DNA of 64,000 nt from a virus: positions 46,536 through 110,535 of the IMG/VR virus record IMGVR_UViG_3300025237_000002, one strand, 5' to 3'. The position numbers and the translations under genes are program-made. Position 1 is the first letter of the stretch; each line of letters begins with the position of its first letter. The notes below the pieces were generated by a model, which was given only the letters and a program-made list of their open reading frames with translations, was not told the DNA's origin and ran no database searches. Of this stretch, positions 38,790-48,371 are shown piece by piece.

Positions 38790-38960
38790 ATGTTATATAC
38801 AGATAAAGCAAAGATAATTAAGCAAGAGGCATTACTTCTTTTAAAAAAAGTTGGTAGTAATAAGAAGATTGGTAAGAAGGAGATGACTTGGTTCTTTAAG
38901 AAGGTTACTGACTATAAGGACACTGATGATAATATGTGGGTAACACATAAAATAGATTAG
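38790..38960 (+). CDS. small basic protein (56 aa)
   Basis: promoter TATCTTTG at 38761; stop just before next repeat. Confidence 0.5.
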   Translation: MLYTDKAKIIKQEALLLLKKVGSNKKIGKKEMTWFFKKVTDYKDTDDNMWVTHKID

Positions 38961-39002
38961 TATAAATTAGGTTATGTCGAATATAAGTTGTATCTTTGTA
39001 TT

Positions 39003-39450
39003 CAACAATTACAGTAAGATGAAGTAGGTCGATTACTTTTAAAACTAACGTAGACACCTTCCCTCAGATTATGGAAAACTGATGAGCAGCTTAAGCCAAG
39101 CAATTGGATAAGGACTAACATAGATAACAAAATAATAGGATATGGTTGAGATGAGTACTTTACAATAACGAATACTATTATTTTAATTAACCTTAAAACT
39201 TAGAACTTATGAAATAAGCTAAAAGTACATTTTTAAAAAACTATTGATAACCTTTTAAAACTATGCGGTATGTTAGCACGGGCACCACCCATTGGGTGAA
39301 ACTTAAATAAGATAAATTAAAAGAAGAATGATACTGAAGGGTTAAAGACCTTCGTGCTCTCTAGTAAGGAGCCATCCGCAAGATGAAGACCAGCAGTCGG
39401 TATTATTTGAGATGTAAAAGCCCATTGATTAATTTCAATGGGCTTTTTTT
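39003..39450 (+). ncRNA. putative ~440 nt structured transcript with minigenes
   Basis: promoter 38965-38998, multi-branch stem 39329-39406, terminator 39416-39450, no long ORF. Confidence 0.45.
39416..39450. terminator. bidirectional intrinsic terminator
   Basis: AAAAGCCCATTGA-loop-TCAATGGGCTTTTTTT. Confidence 0.85.
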
Positions 39451-39453
39451 ATG

Positions 39454-39828
39454 TTATAATGATTTCTTAATTAATTTATCAATTTTCTTTAATATTTTAT
39501 CATCCCATTCTTCCATGGTATCATCGTGCGGTTCTTGTCCAGTTTGCGACTCGAATTCCTGAAGCATATATTCTTTATGCTTATCCATTTCACCGTTGAT
39601 AGTTGTCCACATATCACCCCATCCAGCCTCTAAGAACTGTTCAGCCCAGTCTGGTATGTTAGAATTGAATAATTCCTTCTTTACCTTATCAATCTTAGCT
39701 AGTTTATCCAGTAGCCCTTCATTGGTAATTCCAAAACATTCATTACATACAAGTTCTTTTCCAGTTTGCCCGTCCCAAGTTCTGTAATCTTTGACTTGAG
39801 CCTCGTTTTCACAATAGTAACATTTCAT
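39454..39828 (-). CDS. zinc-finger protein
   Basis: CYYC...CNEC; promoter at 39856. Confidence 0.7.
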   Translation of the reverse strand: MKCYYCENEAQVKDYRTWDGQTGKELVCNECFGITNEGLLDKLAKIDKVKKELFNSNIPDWAEQFLEAGWGDMWTTINGEMDKHKEYMLQEFESQTGQEPHDDTMEEWDDKILKKIDKLIKKSL

Positions 39829-40010
39829 ATTATATGGTTTTAATTAAACATACTGCAAATATACAACTAATAATTCAATCTCACAAATAAAATATCTTGC
39901 TTAAGGTGCGTGAATAGCGGCTTAAGCAGAGGTTAGCTGCTAGAGCGTGAAGATAAATTTGCCAGGTCCAAAATAAAGTTGTATCTTTGAGGTATAAATA
40001 AATAAACAAT

Positions 40011-40286
40011 ATGAAAACGATACCTAATAATTTTGGAGTGAAAATTACCTCAGCAGATTTTGCTAGTAGTGATTATGGTAATATTAATGATTGTTCATTA
40101 GCAAAAGCAATAAAAAGAAAATTCCCTAATCATAGTGTGAATTGTGGAGCTTCTACTGTTAATATAGGTGATATTGAATTTGATATAGTTGATGTTAATA
40201 ATCAAATATGTATTAGAACTCAATCAAATTTACCAGTTAAGGGGTTTAATGTTAGATTAAACAAATCAGAATTTCAATGGAATTAA
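40011..40286 (+). CDS. hypothetical protein
   Basis: cassette ORF. Confidence 0.7.
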   Translation: MKTIPNNFGVKITSADFASSDYGNINDCSLAKAIKRKFPNHSVNCGASTVNIGDIEFDIVDVNNQICIRTQSNLPVKGFNVRLNKSEFQWN

Positions 40287-40302
40287 TCTTAAATTAGATA
40301 AA

Positions 40303-40512
40303 ATGAAAACTAAAACCGTACAAGTACAAATCACTAAGACTTATTACAAATCTACTACAGCTGAAGTAGAAGTACCTGAACATTTAACGGATGATGAACT
40401 TCATACGTATATTGAACAGCAAGAGGCTAAGGATTCAGAATTATCTGATAGGTTGGCTGATGCATCTCTAAATGAGGATTTAGATGGAATAGAAATAGAA
40501 GTCTTATTTTAA
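40303..40512 (+). CDS. small acidic protein (DpnD/PcfM-like)
   Basis: two-strand plus helix pattern. Confidence 0.6.
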   Translation: MKTKTVQVQITKTYYKSTTAEVEVPEHLTDDELHTYIEQQEAKDSELSDRLADASLNEDLDGIEIEVLF

Positions 40513-40597
40513 ATAAAACAAAATGAAAGAACTTTTATTTGGTAGAACCAGATATTAGTTGTATATTTGCAGTATGTTTAATTAAAACCACAATCAC

Positions 40598-41140
40598 ATG
40601 AGTGCAACAGTTTACGATATTCCAGAAAAATTTAAAAAGACACTTCCTAATATCTTCGATGACAATGACTTTGAGCAGTATGAAAAGCTTGAGAAGGAAT
40701 GGATTGGACGACTATCAAATTACATTAGAGATAATTATGGTTCAGGTCAATACGTAGGACGAACAATTCGTTTTCCTGTGGCTGATGGCGAAGGTATCTA
40801 TATGGTAATGAGAACGTCACCAGTACAATTAATTCACTTACCTTTGATGGATGGTTACCAAAGTGAGTTTGCACATTTAATGACAGCTAAAGAGGTTAAG
40901 AAAAGAATAGATGCTTCCGATAGAATGACAGCTTACTTAAATTCTTGGAAATCTCAAACGGTTGGTGATGTTAATAAGGTAATTGAAGCTCACGGGATTA
41001 AATCTGATGAACCTAGAGAGGGTTATCAATTAGTTGAGTGGTTAAACGTTAAATACCTATTACCAACTTACGAATCAAAGCACGGTTATGACCACGGAAT
41101 TTATAAATATTTATGTAACTTGAAGTTACGTACAGTTTAA
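40598..41140 (+). CDS. hypothetical protein
   Basis: FPVADG motif; cassette ORF. Confidence 0.7.
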   Translation: MSATVYDIPEKFKKTLPNIFDDNDFEQYEKLEKEWIGRLSNYIRDNYGSGQYVGRTIRFPVADGEGIYMVMRTSPVQLIHLPLMDGYQSEFAHLMTAKEVKKRIDASDRMTAYLNSWKSQTVGDVNKVIEAHGIKSDEPREGYQLVEWLNVKYLLPTYESKHGYDHGIYKYLCNLKLRTV

Positions 41141-41158
41141 TTTAGATAAAACAAGATT

Positions 41159-41458
41159 ATGAAACCAATCACATATAAGTACAAGAATTTCGATATTACA
41201 ATTTATGATTTCCAAGGTGATAATCATATAAACGTCACTTGCAGTTTAGAGGGTAAGTCTTTCAATAGAGCTTATGAAGTTAAACAGGAAGTTGAATCTA
41301 TTGTTATAGACGAGGAATATGTTTACCTGAATGACGGTGACGAGAATCAATTTGTAATCAAATTTGAAGGTGAGTCTTGTTTGATTATTGACACCTTTGA
41401 TAATAGAGGTGAGCATCTTGAAGTGATTGGATGTCATGACTTTTATGATGACGTTTAA
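41159..41458 (+). CDS. hypothetical protein
   Basis: stop abuts repeat. Confidence 0.7.
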   Translation: MKPITYKYKNFDITIYDFQGDNHINVTCSLEGKSFNRAYEVKQEVESIVIDEEYVYLNDGDENQFVIKFEGESCLIIDTFDNRGEHLEVIGCHDFYDDV

Positions 41459-41512
41459 ATTAGGTAGAACCAAATAAAAGTTGTATCTTTGATGTAAGCA
41501 AAACAAATCATT
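41458..41512 (+). promoter_or_regulatory. canonical copy of cassette promoter (Bacteroidetes -33/-7 type)
   Basis: AATTAGGTAGAACCAAATAAAAGTTGTATCTTTG; 20 nt spacer. Confidence 0.85.
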
Positions 41513-41755
41513 ATGAAAAGACACGCAAAGAAAGCATTTACTGAATTAAAGAACTTAGGCTGTCCTGTAAAGGAGTGGCACGATGATTCCAGAGGTCATT
41601 TCTGGATTGATGCAGAAGAGCCTGAAGCTAACGAATGGTTAGATTACTGGAATGATGACTTCAGTGGTTCTGAGAAATTAGTTGAGATTCTGGAGAAAAA
41701 TGATTTATATTTTGAGTGGGAAAACTCAGCTATCGCAAATGTTTATGACAATTAA
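41513..41755 (+). CDS. hypothetical protein
   Basis: cassette ORF. Confidence 0.7.
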   Translation: MKRHAKKAFTELKNLGCPVKEWHDDSRGHFWIDAEEPEANEWLDYWNDDFSGSEKLVEILEKNDLYFEWENSAIANVYDN

Positions 41756-41768
41756 AACAATCACAACT

Positions 41769-41948
41769 ATGAGTAAATTAACAGCAGAAAAAACAGAATG
41801 GTCTACGGACGAATTAACTGAGGACTTTAAAGTAATTGGGTTTGGACATGGCTATTGTGCTGTGGAGCGAAAATCAGATGGACAGAAAGGTTCTTTTGAT
41901 TTTGGTGGAAGACCACGTAAGTATTTTAATTTTGTAAAAAGCAATTAG
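41769..41948 (+). CDS. hypothetical protein
   Basis: start corrected; RKSDGQKGS motif. Confidence 0.65.
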   Translation: MSKLTAEKTEWSTDELTEDFKVIGFGHGYCAVERKSDGQKGSFDFGGRPRKYFNFVKSN

Positions 41949-41969
41949 ATTTAACTAAAACAAGATATT

Positions 41970-42284
41970 ATGAATAGTCCAATAGCAAGTGTAGGTGAAG
42001 TAAATTTACAGACTGGTGAATTTGAATACGGTGATATATATGATTTTTGGGGTGAAGATACTACCTATGAAGTATATCGCACTAAAACTAATGAATACCG
42101 TGTAGTATCCACAGCGGGATTAGAACCAATAGTACCAATAGGGGAAACTGGTAAATTTCAAGAAGACCAAACTGGTGAGTATTTATTTACTGGTGAATGT
42201 ATTTTTGTTGCATCTGGAAATGATGGATTAAAACAAATTCAAAAAGAATATGGTACTCTAATTCAAATGGGGTGTTATAAATAA
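41970..42284 (+). CDS. hypothetical protein
   Basis: ORF. Confidence 0.65.
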   Translation: MNSPIASVGEVNLQTGEFEYGDIYDFWGEDTTYEVYRTKTNEYRVVSTAGLEPIVPIGETGKFQEDQTGEYLFTGECIFVASGNDGLKQIQKEYGTLIQMGCYK

Positions 42285-42314
42285 GATAGATTAAGTTTAA
42301 CTAAAAACCAACCA

Positions 42315-42761
42315 ATGCCAGAAGATATAGCCAAATTAGAAAAAGAATTAGCTTGGTATAAAGCATATGCCGACCACATTCAATCAACAAATCCTAGAGA
42401 GCATAATTGCGCTTGTGAAGTTGCTGATGATATAACAGATGATACAGAATATCCTTATTCTGAGGGAGATGATTATTGGACACTTCAAGAACCCGCTGAA
42501 CTAGAATATGAAGACAATTCTGGATTTTTCCAGAATGGGATTGTGGCTATTCAGAGCTGTTGGGATGACCAAAGCAAAGACTTTCACAGAGAGGACAGCG
42601 AAAGATTATATTTCAATTCCTTAGAAGAGGTACTAAAGCATTCGAGTTATAGGTATGAGTTTATCAAAGTTGAATGTTTTGATAGTGCCTATGAAGACAT
42701 TGATGATGGTGACTATTTTGTTGCTGTTGAAGAAACAGGTAAATTTCAAAAATCATATTAA
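42315..42761 (+). CDS. acidic hypothetical protein
   Basis: ORF. Confidence 0.7.
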   Translation: MPEDIAKLEKELAWYKAYADHIQSTNPREHNCACEVADDITDDTEYPYSEGDDYWTLQEPAELEYEDNSGFFQNGIVAIQSCWDDQSKDFHREDSERLYFNSLEEVLKHSSYRYEFIKVECFDSAYEDIDDGDYFVAVEETGKFQKSY

Positions 42762-42762
42762 G

Positions 42763-42993
42763 ATGGCAAAAATAATATATAAGAGAGTATTCCAGATGGG
42801 ATTTGATATTGCTGAAGGTGATGTGCCTGATGGTGAAAGTGAGTCGTTATTTAACGCAATAACCAATTTAATTGATAATTTCTATGATATTAACGGCAAG
42901 CGAGTTGAATTCATGTCGGTTGGTTGTGATAACTCAGAAGACATGAGTCATGCTTATGGTGAAAGAGAAATGGCTGAAATAAATAAGAATTAA
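42763..42993 (+). CDS. hypothetical protein
   Basis: start corrected. Confidence 0.6.
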   Translation: MAKIIYKRVFQMGFDIAEGDVPDGESESLFNAITNLIDNFYDINGKRVEFMSVGCDNSEDMSHAYGEREMAEINKN

Positions 42994-43020
42994 TCCAATA
43001 ATTAGTTGTATCTTTGTATT

Positions 43021-43212
43021 ATGGAAGAACCAGTAGATTTATTCGAGCAATACGAAACGTTACCACAAGAGGTACAAGACATCTTATTAGAATTTGGTGA
43101 TACTTGTGGTTATATAGAATGTGATGAATTATTACAAAAATTGAAACCTTTAGGTTATACCTTTGAGTATGGATTATCAGGTGAGCCTTATGATTTAACT
43201 AAGATAAATTAA
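43021..43212 (+). CDS. small acidic protein
   Basis: start corrected. Confidence 0.65.
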   Translation: MEEPVDLFEQYETLPQEVQDILLEFGDTCGYIECDELLQKLKPLGYTFEYGLSGEPYDLTKIN

Positions 43213-43243
43213 GATTACAAGTTTAACTAAAAACCAAACCACA

Positions 43244-43702
43244 ATGATTTACGTATTAAGAGCCGTTAATGGCATAAGTATAAATGGAAAGGAATTCTTA
43301 TTGGACGACAAAGGTCAACCATTAGAATTTAATGATACACGCCAAGCTAAGGACTTCCTTAGAGATAATGGTGTTGATTTAACAGACGATGAGATGGAAG
43401 ATAGTTTCCACTTTGAGGATAAAGAACTTCACAAGATACCAGTAAAAAATATCATATTCGTGTTTACAGTACAAGATGGTGATTCGCAAAGAACTGAATA
43501 CCAGACAGAAGAGGTGGACGCTAAATTGACGGATGAAGAGATTGATGCAAGAGGTGATGAACTTAATAGGATGAACTTTCCAAGTGAGGAATTATCCAAG
43601 GGGTTTTTCTGGGACTCTTCATGGGAGACAGCGGGATGCTATTCTAGGTTTGTAGAGTTACCAGATACAGAGTCTTTCAAGATAATCCAGGGAATTATCT
43701 AA
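43244..43702 (+). CDS. hypothetical protein
   Basis: NGISINGKEFLLD motif. Confidence 0.7.
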   Translation: MIYVLRAVNGISINGKEFLLDDKGQPLEFNDTRQAKDFLRDNGVDLTDDEMEDSFHFEDKELHKIPVKNIIFVFTVQDGDSQRTEYQTEEVDAKLTDEEIDARGDELNRMNFPSEELSKGFFWDSSWETAGCYSRFVELPDTESFKIIQGII

Positions 43703-43762
43703 AAATGTTTGGTAGTCTCGAAGATAACTCTTATCTTTGCAGAGAACAAAACAATCATACGA

Positions 43763-44653
43763 ATGAAATACAAAATTCCAAAAAACTTATTATCAACTCA
43801 AAACAGCAAAACTGTAAAGGGTGAAAAGTTTGGGTACACTACGTACATTATGTACTTAGCACCACACAAACAAAACTCTAAAGGGGTTAACCTTTGTGCC
43901 AAGGCTACAAAGGGCTGTGCCGAAGCTTGTTTATTTAAGTCAGGAGCTGCAAGGTTCGACCAAGTACAACAAGGTAAAATTAATAAGACCGAATATTTCT
44001 TAGCAAACCGTAGACTTTTTATGTCACAATTGGCAAATGAAATTAAAGGTATTGAACATAAGCATTCAATCGTTGAAGGTGAGAAGGTTTTATCATTCAA
44101 CAAATCAGTATTGCGATATAAGAACTTTGCAATCCGTTTGAACGGTACAAGTGATTTTCCTTTTGAGAATTTAAGAATTTTCAAACGTACTGCGACTGGT
44201 GAAATTTGGACGTATAAAAAGCCAAGTAAGAACTTGTTAAACATCTTCGAATTGTTTCCTGAAATTCAGTTTTACGATTACACGAAATTAGACAAGAGAT
44301 TTAGCAAAATTCAATCTCGTAACTATCACTTAACATTTTCAAGAAGTGAAGATAACCAAGTTGAAAGTGTAGACTTATTAAATAGAGGTTACAATGTAGC
44401 TGTAGTATTTGGTATTAAAGATGAAAGCGACTTACCTAATGAATATTTAGGGTTTCCAGTAGTAAATGGAGATGAAAGCGATTTACGTTTCTTAGATGAA
44501 GGTAATGTAATTGTAGGGCTTAAATATAAGCTTATGACTGGTAAAGGAACAGCGGGGCAAAATGCAATTATGTTAAGAGACAATCCGTTTATAGTTGGGG
44601 CTGCAGATTTTGACAAACCTAAAAAAGAATTGGTTAAAAGTTTGGTAGAGTAG
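43763..44653 (+). CDS. GP88-like phage protein (radical-SAM-like Cys cluster)
   Basis: CAKATKGCAEACL, RLNGTSD, FYDYTK, NYHLTFS, GDESDLRFLD; start corrected. Confidence 0.7.
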   Translation: MKYKIPKNLLSTQNSKTVKGEKFGYTTYIMYLAPHKQNSKGVNLCAKATKGCAEACLFKSGAARFDQVQQGKINKTEYFLANRRLFMSQLANEIKGIEHKHSIVEGEKVLSFNKSVLRYKNFAIRLNGTSDFPFENLRIFKRTATGEIWTYKKPSKNLLNIFELFPEIQFYDYTKLDKRFSKIQSRNYHLTFSRSEDNQVESVDLLNRGYNVAVVFGIKDESDLPNEYLGFPVVNGDESDLRFLDEGNVIVGLKYKLMTGKGTAGQNAIMLRDNPFIVGAADFDKPKKELVKSLVE

Positions 44654-44741
44654 AATAAAAGTATTATCTTTGTATCGGTGAAAGCATTAAGTTAGTAACC
44701 GATTTAACTAAAATTAAACCACACATCTTAAATTAGATAAA

Positions 44742-45125
44742 ATGAAATTTACATACACAAACTCAACAAATACAATCTGGACCTCCTTTGACTGTGGTGA
44801 GGTTGAAGCGAATAACCATCACGAAGCTTTAATTAAAGCTGAAGCTGAACTACAGGTGAAATTAGATATCGTCAACGCTGCACTAGCTGCTAATCCAGAA
44901 ACAAGAGGGGTGACCATTGAGATGAACATGGATAACATAGAAGTTACCCCAGTGAAGAGTTTCAATCACGTAATGAATTTCAATTTCACAGTTGAATCGG
45001 ATTCTGAAGACGCACCTAACACGAATGAAATTCGAAATGGTCTCACCAAGGGTATTGATGCCCTGAAGAATGACCCTATCGAGCTTTTAGAACGGACCGT
45101 AATTACGGATACAGTCGAAAGTTAA
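44742..45125 (+). CDS. hypothetical protein (EVEAxxxxEA motif)
   Basis: ORF. Confidence 0.7.
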   Translation: MKFTYTNSTNTIWTSFDCGEVEANNHHEALIKAEAELQVKLDIVNAALAANPETRGVTIEMNMDNIEVTPVKSFNHVMNFNFTVESDSEDAPNTNEIRNGLTKGIDALKNDPIELLERTVITDTVES

Positions 45126-45217
45126 CAATATTAGGACCTATGGTATGAGGGTGCCATGGGTCCAGCGGTATAAGCAGCTGGTCGAAGCTTGAAAACTACA
45201 GACCGTTTTAGTTAAAC

Positions 45218-45252
45218 ATGTGGTCTGGGGTGGTTCCCAGACCACTTTTTTT
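45218..45252 (+). terminator. intrinsic terminator
   Basis: GTGGTCTGGG-TGGTT-CCCAGACCAC-T tract. Confidence 0.85.
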
Positions 45253-45308
45253 TGTTTATATTTGGTGGTTACAAATAAAAGTTGTATCTTTGTATTAAAT
45301 AAAACACA

Positions 45309-45560
45309 ATGACAGTTAATCACAATGAATACCGTTTATTTGAATATAATAATAACCCATCACATGGTGATAAATATATCTTAGGAGATGTAGTTATTAC
45401 TGAAGAAAATGGTGAAGAACAAATTGGGGTTATCATTCAATGTCACGGTAAAGATGAGTATCGAACCGACCAATTTGGTAATACTTGTGCTGACTTAATT
45501 CGTTTGGCAACGGATAAGGAGATTCACAAAATAAAACCAGAATTATTTAAAACTAGATAA
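45309..45560 (+). CDS. hypothetical protein
   Basis: cassette ORF. Confidence 0.7.
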   Translation: MTVNHNEYRLFEYNNNPSHGDKYILGDVVITEENGEEQIGVIIQCHGKDEYRTDQFGNTCADLIRLATDKEIHKIKPELFKTR

Positions 45561-45561
45561 T

Positions 45562-45780
45562 ATGAATATTATAGACGAACTAATCACTATTGGTAACTGG
45601 GCTAAAAGCTGTAAGACCAAAGAGCAGTTAATGTTAGTTAAAAGATTTCTAGATAAGAAAGCTACATCACCTCACACTAAATTCCCAAAACACTTAGCAG
45701 TTAAGGTACATTATAATTTAGGTATTGTTGATGGCATTATTTTAACTTTATCTAAAACAAGATTTGGTGAATCCAAATAA
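45562..45780 (+). CDS. hypothetical protein
   Basis: C-terminus FGESK encoded by the repeat. Confidence 0.65.
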   Translation: MNIIDELITIGNWAKSCKTKEQLMLVKRFLDKKATSPHTKFPKHLAVKVHYNLGIVDGIILTLSKTRFGESK

Positions 45781-45822
45781 AAGTTGTATCTTTGCAATAT
45801 GTTTAATTAAAACCAAACCACA

Positions 45823-46038
45823 ATGGCACAAGGACAAAAACAATACTTAGTAAAATGGGAGATTGACATAACAGCAAGCTCACCACAAGAGGCTGCAAAG
45901 CAAGCCCTTGAAATCCAACGAGATAAAAATTCAGAAGCTCTAATGTTTGATGTACTCGAACAGGCTACTAATTCAGAGACGGCTGTTAGCTTACTGGGTG
46001 AATTTCATAAAGAGAACGGGCTTATTGAATTACCTTAA
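45823..46038 (+). CDS. hypothetical protein (ITASSPQEAA motif)
   Basis: single-gene cassette. Confidence 0.7.
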   Translation: MAQGQKQYLVKWEIDITASSPQEAAKQALEIQRDKNSEALMFDVLEQATNSETAVSLLGEFHKENGLIELP

Positions 46039-46116
46039 GTTTATCTAAAACAAGATTTGGTAGATTAAAATAAAAGTTGTATATTTGAATATGTTTAATT
46101 AAAACCACAAACCACA

Positions 46117-46326
46117 ATGTCAACAAGAATTGATAAAATGTTAGACCTTATTTGTTTTAATCACGAAAAGGATGCAGTAGTAGAAAGTGCTAAGTTATTA
46201 ATGAAACTCGATAATATAGAGGATAAAACACAAATGCTTGACCATGTATTGGGAGATGATGAATACCCAATTGAGCAATTCGAATATACATTTACAGTTC
46301 AGGACTTTTTAACTTATATCACTTAA
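46117..46326 (+). CDS. hypothetical protein
   Basis: cassette ORF. Confidence 0.7.
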   Translation: MSTRIDKMLDLICFNHEKDAVVESAKLLMKLDNIEDKTQMLDHVLGDDEYPIEQFEYTFTVQDFLTYIT

Positions 46327-46327
46327 T

Positions 46328-46546
46328 ATGAAAGAGCTACAACTAGAGGTGAGGTTATCAATGCATGGTGAGTATGAAAATACCCTAACTGTTTGCATTG
46401 AGATTCCAAAAGATACAGCTGACGAAAATGAGATGGCTGTTATGATGAAGGAGCTTAATGTCGAGATGGCAGATATGTATGACGATTATGAAGAGTGGGA
46501 AGATGGTAACATCTCTTGGACTCTTGAAAATTGGGAAGAACTTTAA
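46328..46546 (+). CDS. small acidic protein
   Basis: ORF. Confidence 0.65.
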   Translation: MKELQLEVRLSMHGEYENTLTVCIEIPKDTADENEMAVMMKELNVEMADMYDDYEEWEDGNISWTLENWEEL

Positions 46547-46575
46547 AATTGAATATTAACTTTAAATTATATAAA

Positions 46576-47190
46576 ATGAAAAACTTTTTAATGATTGCAG
46601 TATTATTATTTACAACAGCTATGATGGCTGAGGTCAAACTACCAGAAATTCGTGAAGTGTTAAAACACGTTGAAACAAACTACAATCCTGATGTGATTGG
46701 AGACAATGGAACTTCATTTGGGATACTTCAAATTAGACAGATTGCCATTGATGACGTGAATCAGAAATGCGGTACTAGTTATTCACATGAAGATGCCTTC
46801 GATGTCACTTGTTCTGAGGAAATATTCGATTTATATGTTACAATCTGGAGTGATAAGCTGGAGATTAGACATGGACGGGAGGCAACAGTTGAAGATATTG
46901 TTAGAATCTGGAATGGCGGCCCGAGAGGTTATCAGAAGAATTCAACTAAACATTATTATAATAAATTCATTAATTATTCGTATCTTTGTAATATGGCAAC
47001 TAAATCTGATAATCGAAAATGCTTCGTTGGAGGCAAACTAGGAATCGTTACTAAACGTTATACCCACACGGTGGATGTCTTCCTATTCAAATCTAAACGC
47101 ACAATGTATGGCGTTCATAAGAAATATGTGAAGATGCTTCCAGTTGATTTACCTCTAGTAACGAATCAATTCACCATTCAGTTTGGGTAA
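46576..47190 (+). CDS. secreted lysozyme-fold enzyme (i-type/destabilase- or SLT-like) with C-terminal extension
   Basis: signal peptide; VET..N...GD.G.S.GILQI; WNGGP; start corrected. Confidence 0.7.
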   Translation: MKNFLMIAVLLFTTAMMAEVKLPEIREVLKHVETNYNPDVIGDNGTSFGILQIRQIAIDDVNQKCGTSYSHEDAFDVTCSEEIFDLYVTIWSDKLEIRHGREATVEDIVRIWNGGPRGYQKNSTKHYYNKFINYSYLCNMATKSDNRKCFVGGKLGIVTKRYTHTVDVFLFKSKRTMYGVHKKYVKMLPVDLPLVTNQFTIQFG

Positions 47191-47386
47191 TTATAAGCGA
47201 GATACTGTCATCTATAAATTCAAGCACGAGATTCTATTGAACCGTGAGTTGAAAGAGTTCCAACGAATTCTCTTATGGAGGGCTTATCTCTTGACATTAC
47301 TTAGTATTAAGAAGCTTACAAAACACCAAGCCAACACTTGGAAATATCCAAAGGAATTAACTAACTTAAATAAGACAAAATAATAT

Positions 47387-47593
47387 ATGGCTCACAAACC
47401 ACACACATCAGCAGAAATCAATCAGAATCATATCGAGAGAACTCTCAAGAAATTAGAGAAGGGTCAAATAACAGTTCAGGAATGTAACTTGAATAAAAGA
47501 TTTGACCGACTCAAGAAAGATAGTGAACCTTGGTACGATGAGTTGTATGGAAAGTATGTGGCAATTGTTCGAAAGAAGTCAATGGCATACTAA
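47387..47593 (+). CDS. hypothetical protein
   Basis: last + strand ORF before terminator. Confidence 0.65.
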   Translation: MAHKPHTSAEINQNHIERTLKKLEKGQITVQECNLNKRFDRLKKDSEPWYDELYGKYVAIVRKKSMAY

Positions 47594-47613
47594 GTTAGGA
47601 AAACATAAGATAT

Positions 47614-47646
47614 AAAAAAAGCCTCTAAATTATTAGAGGCTTTTTT
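47614..47646. terminator. bidirectional terminator at convergence of the two arms
   Basis: A7-GCCTCTAA-loop-TTAGAGGC-T tract. Confidence 0.9.
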
Positions 47647-47665
47647 CGTACACAATTGTGTTTGG

Positions 47666-48172
47666 CTAGAACTTATAACCCGCTAGGTTAGTGTTTAAAA
47701 CCTTACCACCTTCCCGAACAATCTTGTCCAATGAGGTTTGAAGTTTCAATTGACCTTGAGGTAATTTCTTCATCTTAGCAATTGACATATTCCAACTAAG
47801 AATACGTTTCTTACCATCAGACGCTTGAAAGTAAATTCCTTTGTTGGAGTTCTTGGTAGTGTCTTTCTTTTCCAACCACACTTGAAATAACTCATCTACC
47901 TGAACCTCTAAGTCAGACTCAATAATAAAAGGTTCTCCATTTGAACCTTTGGTTAAACCCGTGTTGATACTTGGTAATGATTTAGCATAAGCTTCAGCTT
48001 CAGCTAATTGACTTCTCATTCCCTCATGAGGCATAATATGAGTGCAACCACCATGACCATCATTTTTTGCATAACCCATTTTCTTGCCGTTGAAATAAAC
48101 ATCAGCAGTAAATGCATTGGTCTCTTCAGACATTTGTTCTGAAAAGTAAACTTTCTTCAATTGTAATTTCAT
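47666..48172 (-). CDS. hypothetical protein
   Basis: SEETNAF...NDGHGG motif; cassette ORF. Confidence 0.75.
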   Translation of the reverse strand: MKLQLKKVYFSEQMSEETNAFTADVYFNGKKMGYAKNDGHGGCTHIMPHEGMRSQLAEAEAYAKSLPSINTGLTKGSNGEPFIIESDLEVQVDELFQVWLEKKDTTKNSNKGIYFQASDGKKRILSWNMSIAKMKKLPQGQLKLQTSLDKIVREGGKVLNTNLAGYKF

Positions 48173-48233
48173 ATAAAGTTATTTTAGATTAAACATAATG
48201 CAAATATACAACTTATATTTGATTCTACCAAAT

Positions 48234-48266
48234 AAAAAAAGCCACCTGAATTAACAGGTAGCTTTT
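48234..48266 (-). terminator. intrinsic terminator
   Basis: AGCTACCTG-loop-CAGGTGGCT-T tract on - strand. Confidence 0.8.
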
Positions 48267-48371
48267 AATCGCAATGCTCGTATTTTTGAAGTGCATACAT
48301 TCACTAACGGTACACTTTTAATCGCAATGCTCGTATTTTTGAAGTGCATACATTCACTAACGGTACACTTT
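48262..48371. repeat. perfect 53 bp tandem duplication
   Basis: CTTTTAATCGCAATGCTCG...AACGGTACA x2. Confidence 0.95.

Noticed and set aside
39079-39086. CTGATGAG as a hammerhead ribozyme core
   Set aside because: No stem II followed by GAAA and no stem I/III arrangement found
41947-41962. ATTTAACTAA as a XerD/dif half-site
   Set aside because: One base shorter than ATTTAACATAA and no XerC arm at 6 bp spacing; kept only as an unexplained junction motif
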